Assembly (NCBI GenBank): GCA_965644265.1
Contig: OZ286460.1
Coordinates: 28,334,001-28,398,000, forward strand
From: Glycera tridactyla
Lineage: Eukaryota
Direction of reading: 5' to 3'
Length of the DNA: 64,000 bases
The position numbers were made by a program, and so were the translations under genes. Shown one piece after another: positions 36,101 to 49,000 of the stretch (position 1 is its first letter; the number at the start of each line of letters is the position of its first letter). The notes under the pieces were generated by a model. The model made no database searches and was not told where the DNA came from. It was given only the letters and a program-made list of their open reading frames with translations.

Positions 36101-37822
36101 AATTAAGAGATTTGATGCCTAAAATGTTTCGAAACCAAGATAAAGTTACACCGCAGCCTGAACATCTTTTCTCTTTTCTCCAACTGGAACAGGAACCAGA
36201 TGCTTGCTTAAATGACTGGTAAACTCAGATGGGCTATATTGAGATGATCATCCAATGAGTATAGGTGGCATAATTAATGGCTTCACTATCTGGATCTCAA
36301 ATGGAAGGTGAAATTATATGAAATTCACGCACACTGAATGCATCATGTCAGACATTTCACTAGATGGATTTCAGTTACATCAGTACACTCTTGATACAGG
36401 TATAGATGGAATCATTTAGATTCTGCCTTTCGTATTTCCATGTAAAATTGTGGGCATGCAAGGTGAAAATTCCTGGGAGTCTCTTTGAAAAAAATTTATT
36501 CATACATGCTATGCAGCATGATGACAATGGTTTACTAGGCAGAGCCCACAATGACTACCGGTACTTCAAAAGCATGCCGAACTTCAAACGCACATGTTTA
36601 ACATTTACTCTGAAGATAGTTGCAGTATCAACTGAATGAAGCCTTGAAGAGCAAGTTGATTCAACATGAAACTGTGTTCCATGTCAGGTGGATATTTTTT
36701 ATGTTGTCGCGCCCTGCCCATGCAATGGGCATAAGTGTGATCATTCAAGACTCATTCCAGGTTGACCACCAACTGAAGGTGACACTTCATGAAATTCACA
36801 CTCAATGTGTCATTTCTGACTATGGAAGTTGGATTGATTTTGAAATAAATGAAGACTTTTTTGTTTGTTTGTTTGAGGTTCAACGGCATGTATCAACCCA
36901 CATAACACCCTGCTGATGAACTCTTTGTAATGTGATAACAATCACAGTGGAATATTTACTAGGAACACTCACATGTTCATAAAGAATAGACAAGGCAATA
37001 GGAATTCAGTGTTTTTTTTTTATTGAAATAGCATATACAACATGGACGGATTTCGCTTTACAAGATCATTGGGATTATATAATCAGTTTGCTTTATAGAT
37101 TGAATGTTATTTCACACAAAAATACAAACATTAACATTTGTGAAATTTTGACTATAAAATACGGATAAAAAAGGTTGGCCAAAAGGCACTGCAAAGAAGT
37201 TGTTATATTGAGGCAGCAAAAGCAAGCCTGCTCCTTCAGTCTGCCACCAATGTGGCAAGTGTACCTTTGGCAAATCTAGAAAAGCTACTGTCTGAACTCC
37301 AACCAGGTAATGGACATTTCTGAAAGCTCAGAGATCATCCCCATATCACAGATTCCTGACTGTTGAAGAACAGAGGTGGGCTAATAATCAGGTATTCCCA
37401 ATGACTGACTGAAACTACTCTCTTTAACAAAAACTGATTGAACATATCTACAAACAATACTAAGATAATCAGTTATTCTACAAAAACAAAGCAATCTCCT
37501 CTCCAATGTTTTCCCACATTTACAGTGTCAATCATTAAGCATTGAATAGATGGTCATGCATAATAAACCCTGTTGCAGACCAAGTAGCCCCCAAATGGTA
37601 CATTGTGATGATATCGACAGGCAGACCATCAGCCACTCCAACCTGTGCTAGGAGACGTGAACTGAAATGAATGAATCCTCATCAGTTTATTTCCCAGATA
37701 TGTATAGATATAACATTATCAAATCATCTGGAAATGGCAATTCATCAGTACACATGAATCGTCTTTAGTCACAAATGTTCAGATGCCACCAATGTGTAGA
37801 ATACTCATATCCAAAATACATA

Positions 37823-37998
37823 CAGTCGAACCTCCTCTAAAGACCACCTCTCTATAAAGACCACCTCCCTATAAAGACCGCCCTGAACTGCGACTGTGGT
37901 AGTATTTTCAAAAGTAAATGACCTCTCTATAAAGACCACCTCCATATAACGGCCACTTTTTTGCGACCGAAGGTGGTCTTTATAGGGAGGTTCGACTG
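37823..37998. mobile_element. Tc1/mariner MITE, GACCACCT family
   Basis: TA-CAGTCGAACCTCC...GGAGGTTCGACTG-TA. Confidence 0.85.
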
Positions 37999-40900
37999 TA
38001 ATTGCCATTAAGCAAGAGACATGATGATTAACTTGCCTAAACACAGATTTTGTTCACCCCTGACAATAGAGCGACCACGAACATCAACATTTACTTGGCA
38101 AATTATCAGGACATATGCAGAGAGAAATCTGTAGTCCAATTTAGGAGTGAGGTACAGGCTTTGGGAGGGATAACCTTTTGAAGAGATTTCATATAAGATG
38201 GTTAATATGGACCTCTGATGAGAAAATTTCTGAGTTTTTCCAAAATATTTCCAGTACACCCAACACATTTTCTACTGCACAAAGCACACATAGCCAATAA
38301 ATACTATCATGGATTCTGAAGATTCTTTACACTTGTCAAATGAGCATCACCTGCAATTAAATACAATACATCCACACTACTGATGATTCTCAACAGCGAT
38401 GTATCTGGCTCAAAAAATGACTGGGCCAATGGCCCACTCAGTGGGAAAATAGTGGGCCGATTTCAGGATTTGTGGGCCGATGCATGCGTTGTGCGGCCAA
38501 TAATGATAAAATTGATAAAAACAAGTTTGCACATTTTGAGGTATTTATTTGCACACAACTTCCATATCGTGTGAGGAGGTTCATTCTTGCATCAGAAAGT
38601 ATGATGAAGTTGGAGATGGTACTATATGAGCATACTAATATTGCTGGTTCTCTCTTCCTAGGCCTTTTCTACAAAGACCAAATTTTGATGCAAGCATGGA
38701 TAGTTTCCATTGACAGGTTGGATAGTACATCACTGATCACAGTCTATTACTTGGAAGAGAAGATTGCTCTTCACTGCTCTGTAACAGACTATAATCAGCC
38801 AAATTATCACATGAAATCTCTGAAATGTGTCTCATTGTTACACAAAATGTTTGATACCTTCTAAATGAATGGTCTTCAATGAATCCTGCAGTGATGACCT
38901 GTTTGTGTGGAGAGGTTGGCACTTATGTTGGGTCAGGGTGGAGGAGACAGGATTTGTAACCAGATCCCGACCACCAGCTGTTCTTGCCTCCTCACCAACC
39001 AAATGTTGAGGAGTGGACAGCAGTGCATCCAGCGCGCCATGGTTGGCCCATTTGATTATAACCAGATGCGCCAATTTGGTATATGCCAAGTGCGCCATGG
39101 CGCTGCCCAGATACATCTCTGTTCTCAACACTGCTATCTTTTAATATGATGCTGTTCATTATTTCTCAAGTGATCAAAGTGCCACATGTCATAGCACTGA
39201 TTTTGCAATCTAATACCGCTTAAAGTCGGGCCACAAATTGGCAAAGAATGATCGCTTTGTTTGTTTTTGTTTGTTTGAGGTTCAACGGCATGTATCAACC
39301 CACAGGATTATGTATGCCGTGTGTTCCTGGTAAATGAAAGCTAGATGTTCTCTCCCCCGCAGACATCACTCTCACAAACCCTGATCACAAGATGATGGGG
39401 AACTTGAAAGGTTGTCAAGTGGATGTAGCTGACAGTTCAGACACACCTCTACCTACTCTTCATGAACAAAGTGAATCTAATGATGGCATATCTAACTATG
39501 TAACTGGCTGGAAGCCAACACTAAAGCCTGATAGCAATGCTCTTTTTTTGCAAAGCGCAGCACTTGACACAAGGAAAAGCATTACATTTGGAGAATACTC
39601 GACCAATGTGTTCAATTACAAACTGTCAACTTCAAGCCAGCTTTATAATCATGGTATGCCTTATGCTCGCAGTACAATGCCATCACACAACCTAGTAACC
39701 TAGTCGCAGACCTAGTAACCCAGAACTGGTGTGCCTGGTACCCGCTTGTTCCATAGAAACAATATCTGCTACAGGCAAACCATCAGCTACCTACACCTGA
39801 GACCATTTCGCAGAAGAAATAAGGAAGAGCTTAGAGGGATAGAAAAGAAGAGAAGAAAAAGGAACCATGGTGATAGTGTAATTTTGGTAGAAAATGCCTA
39901 AAGACAGATGACAGAAAATTTGAAGGAATGTTTTCATTCAATCCCCCACCCTAAAAACTATTGAGAAAAAGAGAAGGGATGATGCTACATCTAGGCCACA
40001 TCACTTCAAAGAAAAAGACCTGCGCCCATTGGTGGCTGCCATCTATAGAGTCCCTGGACTCACAAAAAGGATTGCAATCACCCACTTTTTTGTTAATCTT
40101 CAGAACACAGGTCCAATTTTCTGAATGTTAATCCCGAAATTCGACTAGTGACAAACATGATTTCAAGAGTAATTACAGTATGGGGAATTATTTCATTTTC
40201 AGAGTCTGTGCAAACCCTGCAAAACATCTTGATTATCTCCTGAGAAATTGAATATGATGTGGAGGATAACAGAGAAATATCATGGCTCATATCTAACAAT
40301 CTGAATTACCAAAGAATAAACAACTGTGGACCACAGGTCATCAGCTGTGAATGTGACAAATATGGAAATCCCAAACCACGGCCATGGGCTGCATCTGGAG
40401 AAACAATCAAACTAGTGTACAGATCATGAAATATGCAAACATCAATAAAGTTGAGTGAGAGTCATAATTGAGGTTTGATCTGAATCAATGCTTAAGGTCA
40501 TCTAATAAATGTGACTGACTGTGGATCAAGATTGGACAAGAAAATGACATCATACATGGAAACCCAAATATTCAACTACATGTATATATGAGTGTGATGG
40601 AATGTTATCAATGTTGTGACCAGGCAAATTCACAGTTCAAGATTTTGAATACTGCAGATCCAACCTCTATTCACTTCTCTATGCAGGCCAGGTAAGGTAA
40701 TCTACTGCCTTTTCACAACTCCACAAAAATTCATCAGCCTTCGATCTGAAAATGTATATGCTCATATGAATAGAACCGACCATGCTGACCCCAATCCTCA
40801 AATCTTGAACAAAGTACTTTTTAGCCCCCCTCAACACCAGAGTTTCAAATGGAATGGATTTCATTGACAATCATTGGTGAGTGGTTTGGTATGTATCAAC

Positions 40901-41591
40901 CAAGAGGTTTTATTGGTAAATAGGTTCAACTGCATATATCTACCCGAAGGATTATGGATTATGTGTGTTCCTTGTCCATGAAAGTCAGGTGTTCTGTCCC
41001 CTGCAGGCATCACTTTCACAAACCTTGAACACAAGATGATCAGGAACCACAAAGGTTGTCAAGTGGGAGTTGCTGATTGTTTAGACACACCTCTACCTAT
41101 CTTACATAAGCATGGTGGTGATATAGCTGACTACACGTGAGGGTGACACGGAAGCCGGATAGCAATGTGTCATGTTGAGCAAAGCACAGTACCAAAAACA
41201 AGGTAAAGCGTTGGTCTATAGTTGAGCGGGGCTATCACCATGATCACTCTCCATCTCATTTTTCCATGCCCAGCATCAGTCAGTGGAATTCAAAACAAAC
41301 CACCAAATTAACCCAGATGAGAGGCAAGTCCAGGAAAGACTGATGCATTTCCAGTTTCTGCAGATAGCTGAGACTGTGATTAACAAAGTTTTTCTATTAA
41401 ATTGCAAGTTACTTCAGACAGGTCTATAATCATTCAATGTCTGTCAACTCTATCCAATTCTCTCATCAGTGACTCTTTACAGTTACTTAGATATTCGTCT
41501 CAACAAGTCTTACTTGTAACAGAAATATATGTCTATGAAACATCATATGAAACATGTTATCGATACATCATAATATACAAAAGGAAAACCA

Positions 41592-44500
41592 TTATGTCCA
41601 AGTATAGCCCAACCGTGCCTTTTCTGAGATTGCCATATTTCGAACATCTTGATGCTGTAAAGTACCGATGCGGTCATCATCTGATGATGCTGAGTCAAAA
41701 GCATCTGAGTAGCCTTCAATATCATCGACTGGAGACAGGGGACCAGGAGAGACATTCTCAGGATCTGAAGGAGCATATGAGCTGACCGATTCGGTATGTA
41801 CTGAGGACATGCGCTCCACCTTACGCCGTGGACTGGGACGAGGGCCTGCAGGTCTACGTGTCAATCTGGTATCCGTATAGGACTCCACAGAGGTGCCAGT
41901 TTCACTGGGAATCTGTGATCGTGAAATGTATGCAGTGGACTCAACTGATTCAGTCGGAGCAACTGAACTTTGTGTGTTGAACGTTGCTGAAGATGCAGCC
42001 AGAATGTGTGGGGAGGGGTATGCGGATTGTCTGCTGGAAATATAGGGTGCAGTTGCGGAGGATTGCAGATTCAACTGTGATGCAGGAAGATGTGCTCCTG
42101 TGGTGTATACAGGCTGAGCTGGACTTTCGGCAGACCGTTGCGATGATGCCGTCTCAAAACTGCCACTTTCTGACTCGTCAGCATAAGACTCAACATACTG
42201 CTGTAGCTGTGGCATTTGTGCACCAGATTGATCATCATCATCACTATAATTGTCGACAACTTTCCGCAAACTAGGCTCAGCTGCTTCTTCTGACTGGTCT
42301 GAATAATAATCCACGACCTTGCGAAGTTCAGGTTCCTCCCCAGCAGAATCATACTGGTTACTTCTCTCAAAATCTTCGCTATAATCAGCAGTGTGACTCT
42401 CAACAGACTGTCGATATACTTCTGGAGGGAAGCCAGGATCATACAGTGTCTTAGTTTGCCCTAATGTATCTCGGTCTGGCTCATCAAAGTGTGATCCTTC
42501 AGCTGAAGTACCATCTTCATCATCATGATGATCACTCTCAGATGCCGGTAAATGAATATCGATACTTTTTGCCCGAGATTGTTGTGACGTAGCAGAGGTA
42601 GGCCTACTTTCACCAGAATAATAATCGCTTTGTTTCCTTCGCAAAGCAGGTGCTGACTGACTTTCTCGAACACCCTGCTCCTTGAATTTATCCGACTGAG
42701 TGTCTTGCATGGCATAAACTGACAAGCGTGGAGTTGGTACAGGTCGTTTCTTATGCTCAGATGTTGTAAGTACACTTGCCTCGTCCACACTGGAATAGAT
42801 TACGTTTCTTTTTACTTCAGGGGATTGCTGATGGTCAGCTTTTTCAAGATTATCCAGCTCATCCATACTAGGGGCTTTCTGAAAAGCAGCGAGCCCAATT
42901 CCTTTTTCTCTCAACTCTGCCCTTATTCTTTTCACCCTTTCCTCTTCCTCCTTTTCAAGAGATTTCAACAATTCAGGTTTGACTTTAGCTAGGCGGAGCC
43001 TCTGAGTATTTGTCATGCCATATGCCAACTTCTTCTTCTGAACTCCAAGTGATGGTTGACGCTTCAATGGTTGTTTATGGCCAATATTAGCACTATCATC
43101 TGTCTTGTGTTTGGGCACTGGGTTGCGTGGCGTGGCAAGGCGAGATAGAATTTCTTCACGGTTTTCTTTTCCTCTCACTGCACTTTTTGGTGCAGGGGGA
43201 GCAGGTGCTGGCGTGACTGGTGGATCTTGTGGGATAACAACCTCCTGATATGCTTTCTGTTGAGCTTTCAATTGCTGCAGAGGTTGCTGACCTGAGCGAC
43301 CTTGTCCTTGCAAAGCTACTATTTCACTGAGCAGAGCATTCAACATTGGGAACTGAGAAAAGTTCCCTGTGAGTGGCATCATAGTTGCAGTGCCTTGAAC
43401 TGTCTCTTGGTGTGGACGAGCAGGTGTTCGGACCATTTTGTGTCTGCTGCTCTTAGTTGTTCGAACTATTCTAGAAGATTCAAAATCGACATCATCTGAC
43501 ACAGAGGCATCATCTTCCAAACGTATTGTCCCATCATCAGACCAGTCACTACTGTTGAAACTAAAGGTAGGCTCTAACTGATGTGGACTTTCGGGATCGC
43601 CAAACATTGTGTATTTCTGATGATCTGTTGAATTAGTATTATCATAAAATGTCAGTCCAGATGCACGAGGGGGCTCAGCAAATTCACTATTATAGAATAG
43701 TGGTGGAGGACACTCAACATTTGTAACAAAAATGTCATCAACACTTTGGGATGGTTTGCTTTCAGATTTCACAGTCATCACATTCCCCTTTGCTTTACGC
43801 TGGGATTTCTTTTTATCCAGTGTCTGCACACCAGCATTTTGCATCAAAGTACTCTCAGTCTGTATATTCCGATTATCGAATGATGCAGATAATGAAACTT
43901 GCATAGATTTGTCTGCTGCTTTGATATCCTTTATAATTATTTCTCGTGCATCCTCTACTCGCTCTTCTGGAGTCAGATCTATTTTCTTGGCAGACACAGC
44001 TACTTGCAAGTTTTGGCCAACTTTCACCACATTTTTCTCTGGGATATGAGGTAGCAAACCAACCCCGAGACTCAGCAGGCGAAATCCCATAGTAACCTTT
44101 CCAATCTCACGGCCCATCAGATTATAAACCTTGTAATCTCCACGCTCACCTTGTACAGATGGCGTTGATATACCAAATTTTCTTACGTCGGAATACACTC
44201 GATTCATGACAACATCCATTGGCACAGAGCAGTTCCCGACTAGTTTAGGCACCTCTGGATAAGTGTCTATAATCATTACATAGAGCGGTGTATTTGTCAA
44301 ATGAGTGTGTAGGGTCTGAGGACTGACTTTGAAGATGCATGATTTGCCTTTTTTGATTATGAAATTGTCATGCCTGTCTTTAAGTTCACGGAGCTGGGAT
44401 GGCAGCTTGATACTGGGGTCCTGTGAAATCCTGGATTTTATAGTTGAAGCAACCTCGGGTTCCACGTGGTATATCATGAGCGTAGGGAAGTCAAGTAGAC

Positions 44501-44603
44501 GAAATGCAATTGCTGGGAAACGACACACAACATCGGGAATACACAAATTTTCCACAGCCAGTTCCAAAGAGAACAGCGATTCTTGATCGAGTGGCCTCTC
44601 CAT
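41592..44603 (-). CDS. MAP10: Microtubule-associated protein 10 (KIAA1383/MTR120) orthologue, single coding exon, 1003 aa
   Basis: N-terminal ESLFSLELAVE...PAIAFRLLDFPTLMIY...KGKSCIFK...LTNTPLY; CPPPLFY; FPMLNALLSEI; YGMTNTQRLRL; Ser/Asp-rich tail ending LGYT. These match remembered MAP10 motifs. First ATG at 44603. Confidence 0.85.
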   Translation of the reverse strand: MERPLDQESLFSLELAVENLCIPDVVCRFPAIAFRLLDFPTLMIYHVEPEVASTIKSRISQDPSIKLPSQLRELKDRHDNFIIKKGKSCIFKVSPQTLHTHLTNTPLYVMIIDTYPEVPKLVGNCSVPMDVVMNRVYSDVRKFGISTPSVQGERGDYKVYNLMGREIGKVTMGFRLLSLGVGLLPHIPEKNVVKVGQNLQVAVSAKKIDLTPEERVEDAREIIIKDIKAADKSMQVSLSASFDNRNIQTESTLMQNAGVQTLDKKKSQRKAKGNVMTVKSESKPSQSVDDIFVTNVECPPPLFYNSEFAEPPRASGLTFYDNTNSTDHQKYTMFGDPESPHQLEPTFSFNSSDWSDDGTIRLEDDASVSDDVDFESSRIVRTTKSSRHKMVRTPARPHQETVQGTATMMPLTGNFSQFPMLNALLSEIVALQGQGRSGQQPLQQLKAQQKAYQEVVIPQDPPVTPAPAPPAPKSAVRGKENREEILSRLATPRNPVPKHKTDDSANIGHKQPLKRQPSLGVQKKKLAYGMTNTQRLRLAKVKPELLKSLEKEEEERVKRIRAELREKGIGLAAFQKAPSMDELDNLEKADHQQSPEVKRNVIYSSVDEASVLTTSEHKKRPVPTPRLSVYAMQDTQSDKFKEQGVRESQSAPALRRKQSDYYSGESRPTSATSQQSRAKSIDIHLPASESDHHDDEDGTSAEGSHFDEPDRDTLGQTKTLYDPGFPPEVYRQSVESHTADYSEDFERSNQYDSAGEEPELRKVVDYYSDQSEEAAEPSLRKVVDNYSDDDDQSGAQMPQLQQYVESYADESESGSFETASSQRSAESPAQPVYTTGAHLPASQLNLQSSATAPYISSRQSAYPSPHILAASSATFNTQSSVAPTESVESTAYISRSQIPSETGTSVESYTDTRLTRRPAGPRPSPRRKVERMSSVHTESVSSYAPSDPENVSPGPLSPVDDIEGYSDAFDSASSDDDRIGTLQHQDVRNMAISEKARLGYTWT

Positions 44604-45343
44604 CTCGAAACAAATTATGCTAAACCAGTACACGACACCAGCATAAAAGTTCAGTCGAAATCCATGAGAAATGCACGGGTTTTCAGTATTTTCGAGGACA
44701 AAATGTAGAACGAGTGAGCAAGCAAGCGGCACCGTCTCCTGTCAAAACACGTTCGGAAATGCCGGGAAAGCCCTAGCTGGGAACGAGGCCAATGGAACTC
44801 CCTATGTATAAAGGCCGCTGATTGGTTGAGAGTGACCGTGGCGCCATATTGGAATCTCTCTGTAGTCTGACTTACTTGGTGTTGAGTGCACTTTTGACAC
44901 ATCAGACAACGTAGTTTGGAATAACTAGCGAAATAAGAAGAGGAACATCAGAATTATGTGCACAAACAAGTACTTCCATACTTGACCATCATTTTATCCA
45001 ATATGGACGCGAATCACTGGGAAGGTACTCCTATTCGGAGGCCAAACTGAAAGTGTACCTATTATCGCCAGTGACCAGATGTAAACAATGGTGAATACAC
45101 AATCTTGTTATTGAGATGGTTGGAATATGCATAGGTGTGCAGTGGCTGCACATCAGTGCATCTTGAAATCTTCGGGGTGTTGTGATATTTCTTATTGAAC
45201 TATGGAATTTAGAGATCTTTTATTTGACCGTGAAGTAGATGTTCATCCACCATGGCACCTGGATATTTATTGTTTGTTTTCAACCCATAATATTGTTTAT
45301 TGGATATTAATATTGTGATTCGAGTAGTGCCACATTGATCAAG
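44604..45343. promoter_or_regulatory. Putative bidirectional promoter between MAP10 and FANCM
   Basis: 740 bp between divergent start codons. CCAAT 44789-44793, ATTGG 44821-44825, TATAAA 44807-44812, E2F-like GCCGGGAAA 44761 and TGGCGCCA 44839, YY1-like CGCCATATT 44842-44850. Confidence 0.6.
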
Positions 45344-46088
45344 ATGAGTGGCATAAAACAACAGACACTATTCCAAAGTTGGGGGAATAAGGCTAAGGAA
45401 GGCCCCTCCGAAGCAACTGCTCCTCTGGCAATGAATGATGACGAGGAGGATGAAATGCTTGCATTGGCAATGGAAGAGAGCCTCAAATATGCTGCAACAA
45501 ATGAGATGAACAGTGATGAAATATCTGTGAAGGAATCCACCAGAACATTGGATCCACAGCCCAGCACAAGTGGATATGCAAAAGAACGAACAAATACTGT
45601 TGCCAAAGCTCAGTGGACTTCATTGTTTAAGACAGTTGGCCAGTCAAACAGCAATCAAGGAGATAAAACACAAACTTCAACTGCGAACCAGCTGTCTAAT
45701 ACTCGTTCCAGCCTACAACAATCCAAGCCTAAAATTTTGACTACGGATGATGTGCCCGATGAGTTATTGCCTGACCCCTCCCAGTTCCCTGATCTTCCTG
45801 GTTTTGATAAAGTTGCGGGTAGAATATGGATATATCCAACTAATTATCCAGTCCGAGAATATCAGTTTGATATTGTATACAAAGCTCTGTTTGAGAACAC
45901 CTTATGTGTATTGCCAACAGGTTTAGGCAAAACATTCATTGCAGCAGTTGTAATGTACAACTTTTACAGATGGTATCCATCTGGAAAGATAGTCTTTATG
46001 GCACCCACTAAACCCCTGGTAGCACAACAGATTGAAGCATGTTACAACATCATGGGAATACCACAGACTGACACGGCAGAAATGACAG
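45344..46088 (+). CDS. FANCM: FANCM coding exon 1
   Basis: [14 protein letters not shown]...AEMTG; G/GTAAGT donor, phase 1. Confidence 0.95.
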
Positions 46089-49000
46089 GTAAGTTTTGTA
46101 CATGATATTGTTTGAAGGATGAAATATCTGTAAAGTCAGGGATGTACATGTCATTGCAAGAAAAGATTTATTCCTTCTGAAAATTGGGAATTATATTCTT
46201 CTTACTTGCAACAACCAGCTTCTCGGTGAACAAAGAATCCAGCAATATTTAGTGAACCACCCTGAGTACAACTTTTATATTTGATGTGGTCAACATTCCT
46301 CTTATGGGTGATCATCCTTTTTCAGAGACAGACTTGCACAGCTGGTGGACTGTCGTAATATTGGATTGCACTGTACAAATTTAGTGATGTGCCGATGTTC
46401 GACTATAGTCGATGTCGTTTCGATAGCTCCAACAAATCAAACATTCAAATGCCAATCCAATGTTCGATTCATCTACATCCCACCACACATGTTTATTTTG
46501 ATAGTGGACCTTCCACATCTGACCACTCACTGCAGCGTACTCCAGTCTCAATTGGTTACTTGAATGATTGATCCAGAGATCAGCCCAATTCTGAATTTTC
46601 TACAATGTCTTGGATTACTCATATCAACATTGGATCACCAGATATTAATTTGATGGTTCTTTTGTCTTGAAATGTTACGATGATCAAGGGTTATCCACAG
46701 GGTGTTAGCCAGCCTGCCAAAACAGGGTGTCCAAATTTTCCACAGAGCAAGAAAAATGGCGCGGACGACAATTTCTGAAGATGAGAAAAATAACGCGGAC
46801 TGGTAGTTTCAGCATGCCCCGAAAATATTACAATGCTTTCCTAGATATTTCTTACATTGAATAATAAATGACCTTCATTCAGGCTTAGATTTTTCTATTA
46901 CAGGAGATATTGCTAGCTGTCTCTTGGTCAATTTCAAAATTTGAGTTTCACTTGAAGACAGGAAATATCTGAAATGCTGCAATTCATCATCATCAAGCAC
47001 TGGTCTTGATCCATTATATAAATTGGTTCTGTTATAGAACAAAAAAATTATATTCTAAAGCTAATTCTTGACTCCAGTAATGCCAATAAATCAATCAGGC
47101 TTTATAGTGGCAGTGATTTAATCAAGCATTTTAGGCAAAACAGATCAGAATATTTGTGAGTAGGCTATCAGGTAGCAGTATGATTAGCTCAATGAGGCTG
47201 GGAAGACCACTGGCTAGTCCCTCCACAAAGTTTGAAGTGGAGCATAATGAGCAAGTGATTACCCCACTAATTAATTAGGCAGGGATCAACTGTCTTGTGT
47301 TTGATTACCAAATGTGATGCCCTGGAGAGCAACTGGTGTTGTTTCTCTAACTATTGTCATAGTATTGACTAAGGGGATTAATGGACGGCCTACTGCACAC
47401 CCTGTTGATTTAAGAGGCCGTCCGGTATCAAGATAGTGCGTCCAAATGACGGCTGGACGTATGGCTGGCTAACACCCTGTTTATCCCAGTGATCACGCTA
47501 GGAATTTGTGAACTGGGGTCCCGGGACCCAATCATATTGCAAAAATGGGGTCCCCACTCACATTTTAGGGTCCCATTCTCACCTCACCTCATCAAAGGGT
47601 ATTGCGGGTGCACCGGCATTAGCATGGTCATCGGCGTTGCTGCCTTGAGGTCATGTTAACGTCCCTTTGCCCAGCAACTAGCCCCATGAAACTTGGCATG
47701 TGTATTTTTCAATAGATTCACTAATGCTATACCGACTGGGAAGGCCGGCCGTGTATTTAGGAGCCTTTTCTTTTAGACATGTTAAGGATCCACTGCTGTC
47801 TTTCGCAAAGAGTAGGGACAGCCACCGGCAGGCAGTGACTCTTTTCTTCAGCATTTTCAGTTTTTTTCAGTCCGATATAACCCAGGCGGGTTCAAGTGAT
47901 GTTAAACTCAAACAAACAAACAAACAAACAGCCATGATCAAAGCATGATGGGACTTAGCCATCAGGGTGGTATTTCTAATGATCCAAGTGATTCATGTCC
48001 AAATTGGGGTTGATCCTCCATAGATATCTTTGTGCCCAGAACTTGTATTCTGCCCAAAAGGGATTATAAGTTGACCCAGCATGAAAGCTACCCCCCCCCC
48101 CCCATCAATTTCTCCTCCAAAAGTCAGGATTCAGTTGATATCTCGCATATAAGTCGACCACCTCTGTATAATGACCACCTCCCTGTAACAACCACCCGCG
48201 ACCGACATATTATTCACCACAATTTACCTCCGACCAGCGAAATACAGGATTATTTGGCCTAGCCCGATGTGTAATGTAAATGTATTCAGAAAACACCAAC
48301 CTTGATATGTACACTCAAATGCCTGTCTAAAAGACTAGAAAACATTTCACTTTGATCTGTGGACCTCTAGCAGGCCAGCAATAGTGAAATTTAGGATCAC
48401 CGCTGTTGGTGAAATGATCCAGCAGTGACATATGTGAGGTCTTTGAAACATGACCTCTCTGAGAGCAAAGGTTGGAGGGGAGTTACTAGCCCCCTGCCTT
48501 GGAGGAGGATGGGGTGTTACATGGGAAATGCATCCTGTTTCCCTGGACTTGTATCTCTTCCTTCCTCAGTGGCATGATAATTGCATCCTAGGGACGCAAG
48601 CAGGATGTTATTTTTGCGTCCTTGCCAATAGAATTGCGTAGGGACGCAAGTTTTTTGCGTTAACGCGATCCCTGTTATCCAGTTGTATACAAGTGGGTGT
48701 TTATCCAATTGAGTAACAATTTTCCTGGTAAAATCACCTGGATTTCTCAGGCTTTGTCACCTATGTTCTCTACAAAATTTCTCATGCTATATCTATACAA
48801 TATTTACAATTGCCCCCACACCCTCATTTCATTAGGTTCTTTGACAATTGTCACATGATCAGCACTTGAATCTCAACATCACATTTATCAGTATGTGTAC
48901 TCAACACTCCATGAATCCCTCACTGGAAATGAAGCGGATCCCTAATTACATCTGGCTAATATTCCACAGAATTTCTGAGGGTAATATAGATATATTGTGC

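Noticed and set aside
38838-39149. 97-aa and 80-aa overlapping ORFs
   Set aside because: No recognisable motif or splice context; within chance expectation.
41984-44586. Several plus-strand and alternative-frame ORFs overlapping MAP10
   Set aside because: Shadow ORFs of the long coding exon.
44604-44732. 43-aa N-terminal extension of the MAP10 ORF
   Set aside because: Begins at GTG. Homology starts at the first ATG (44603).
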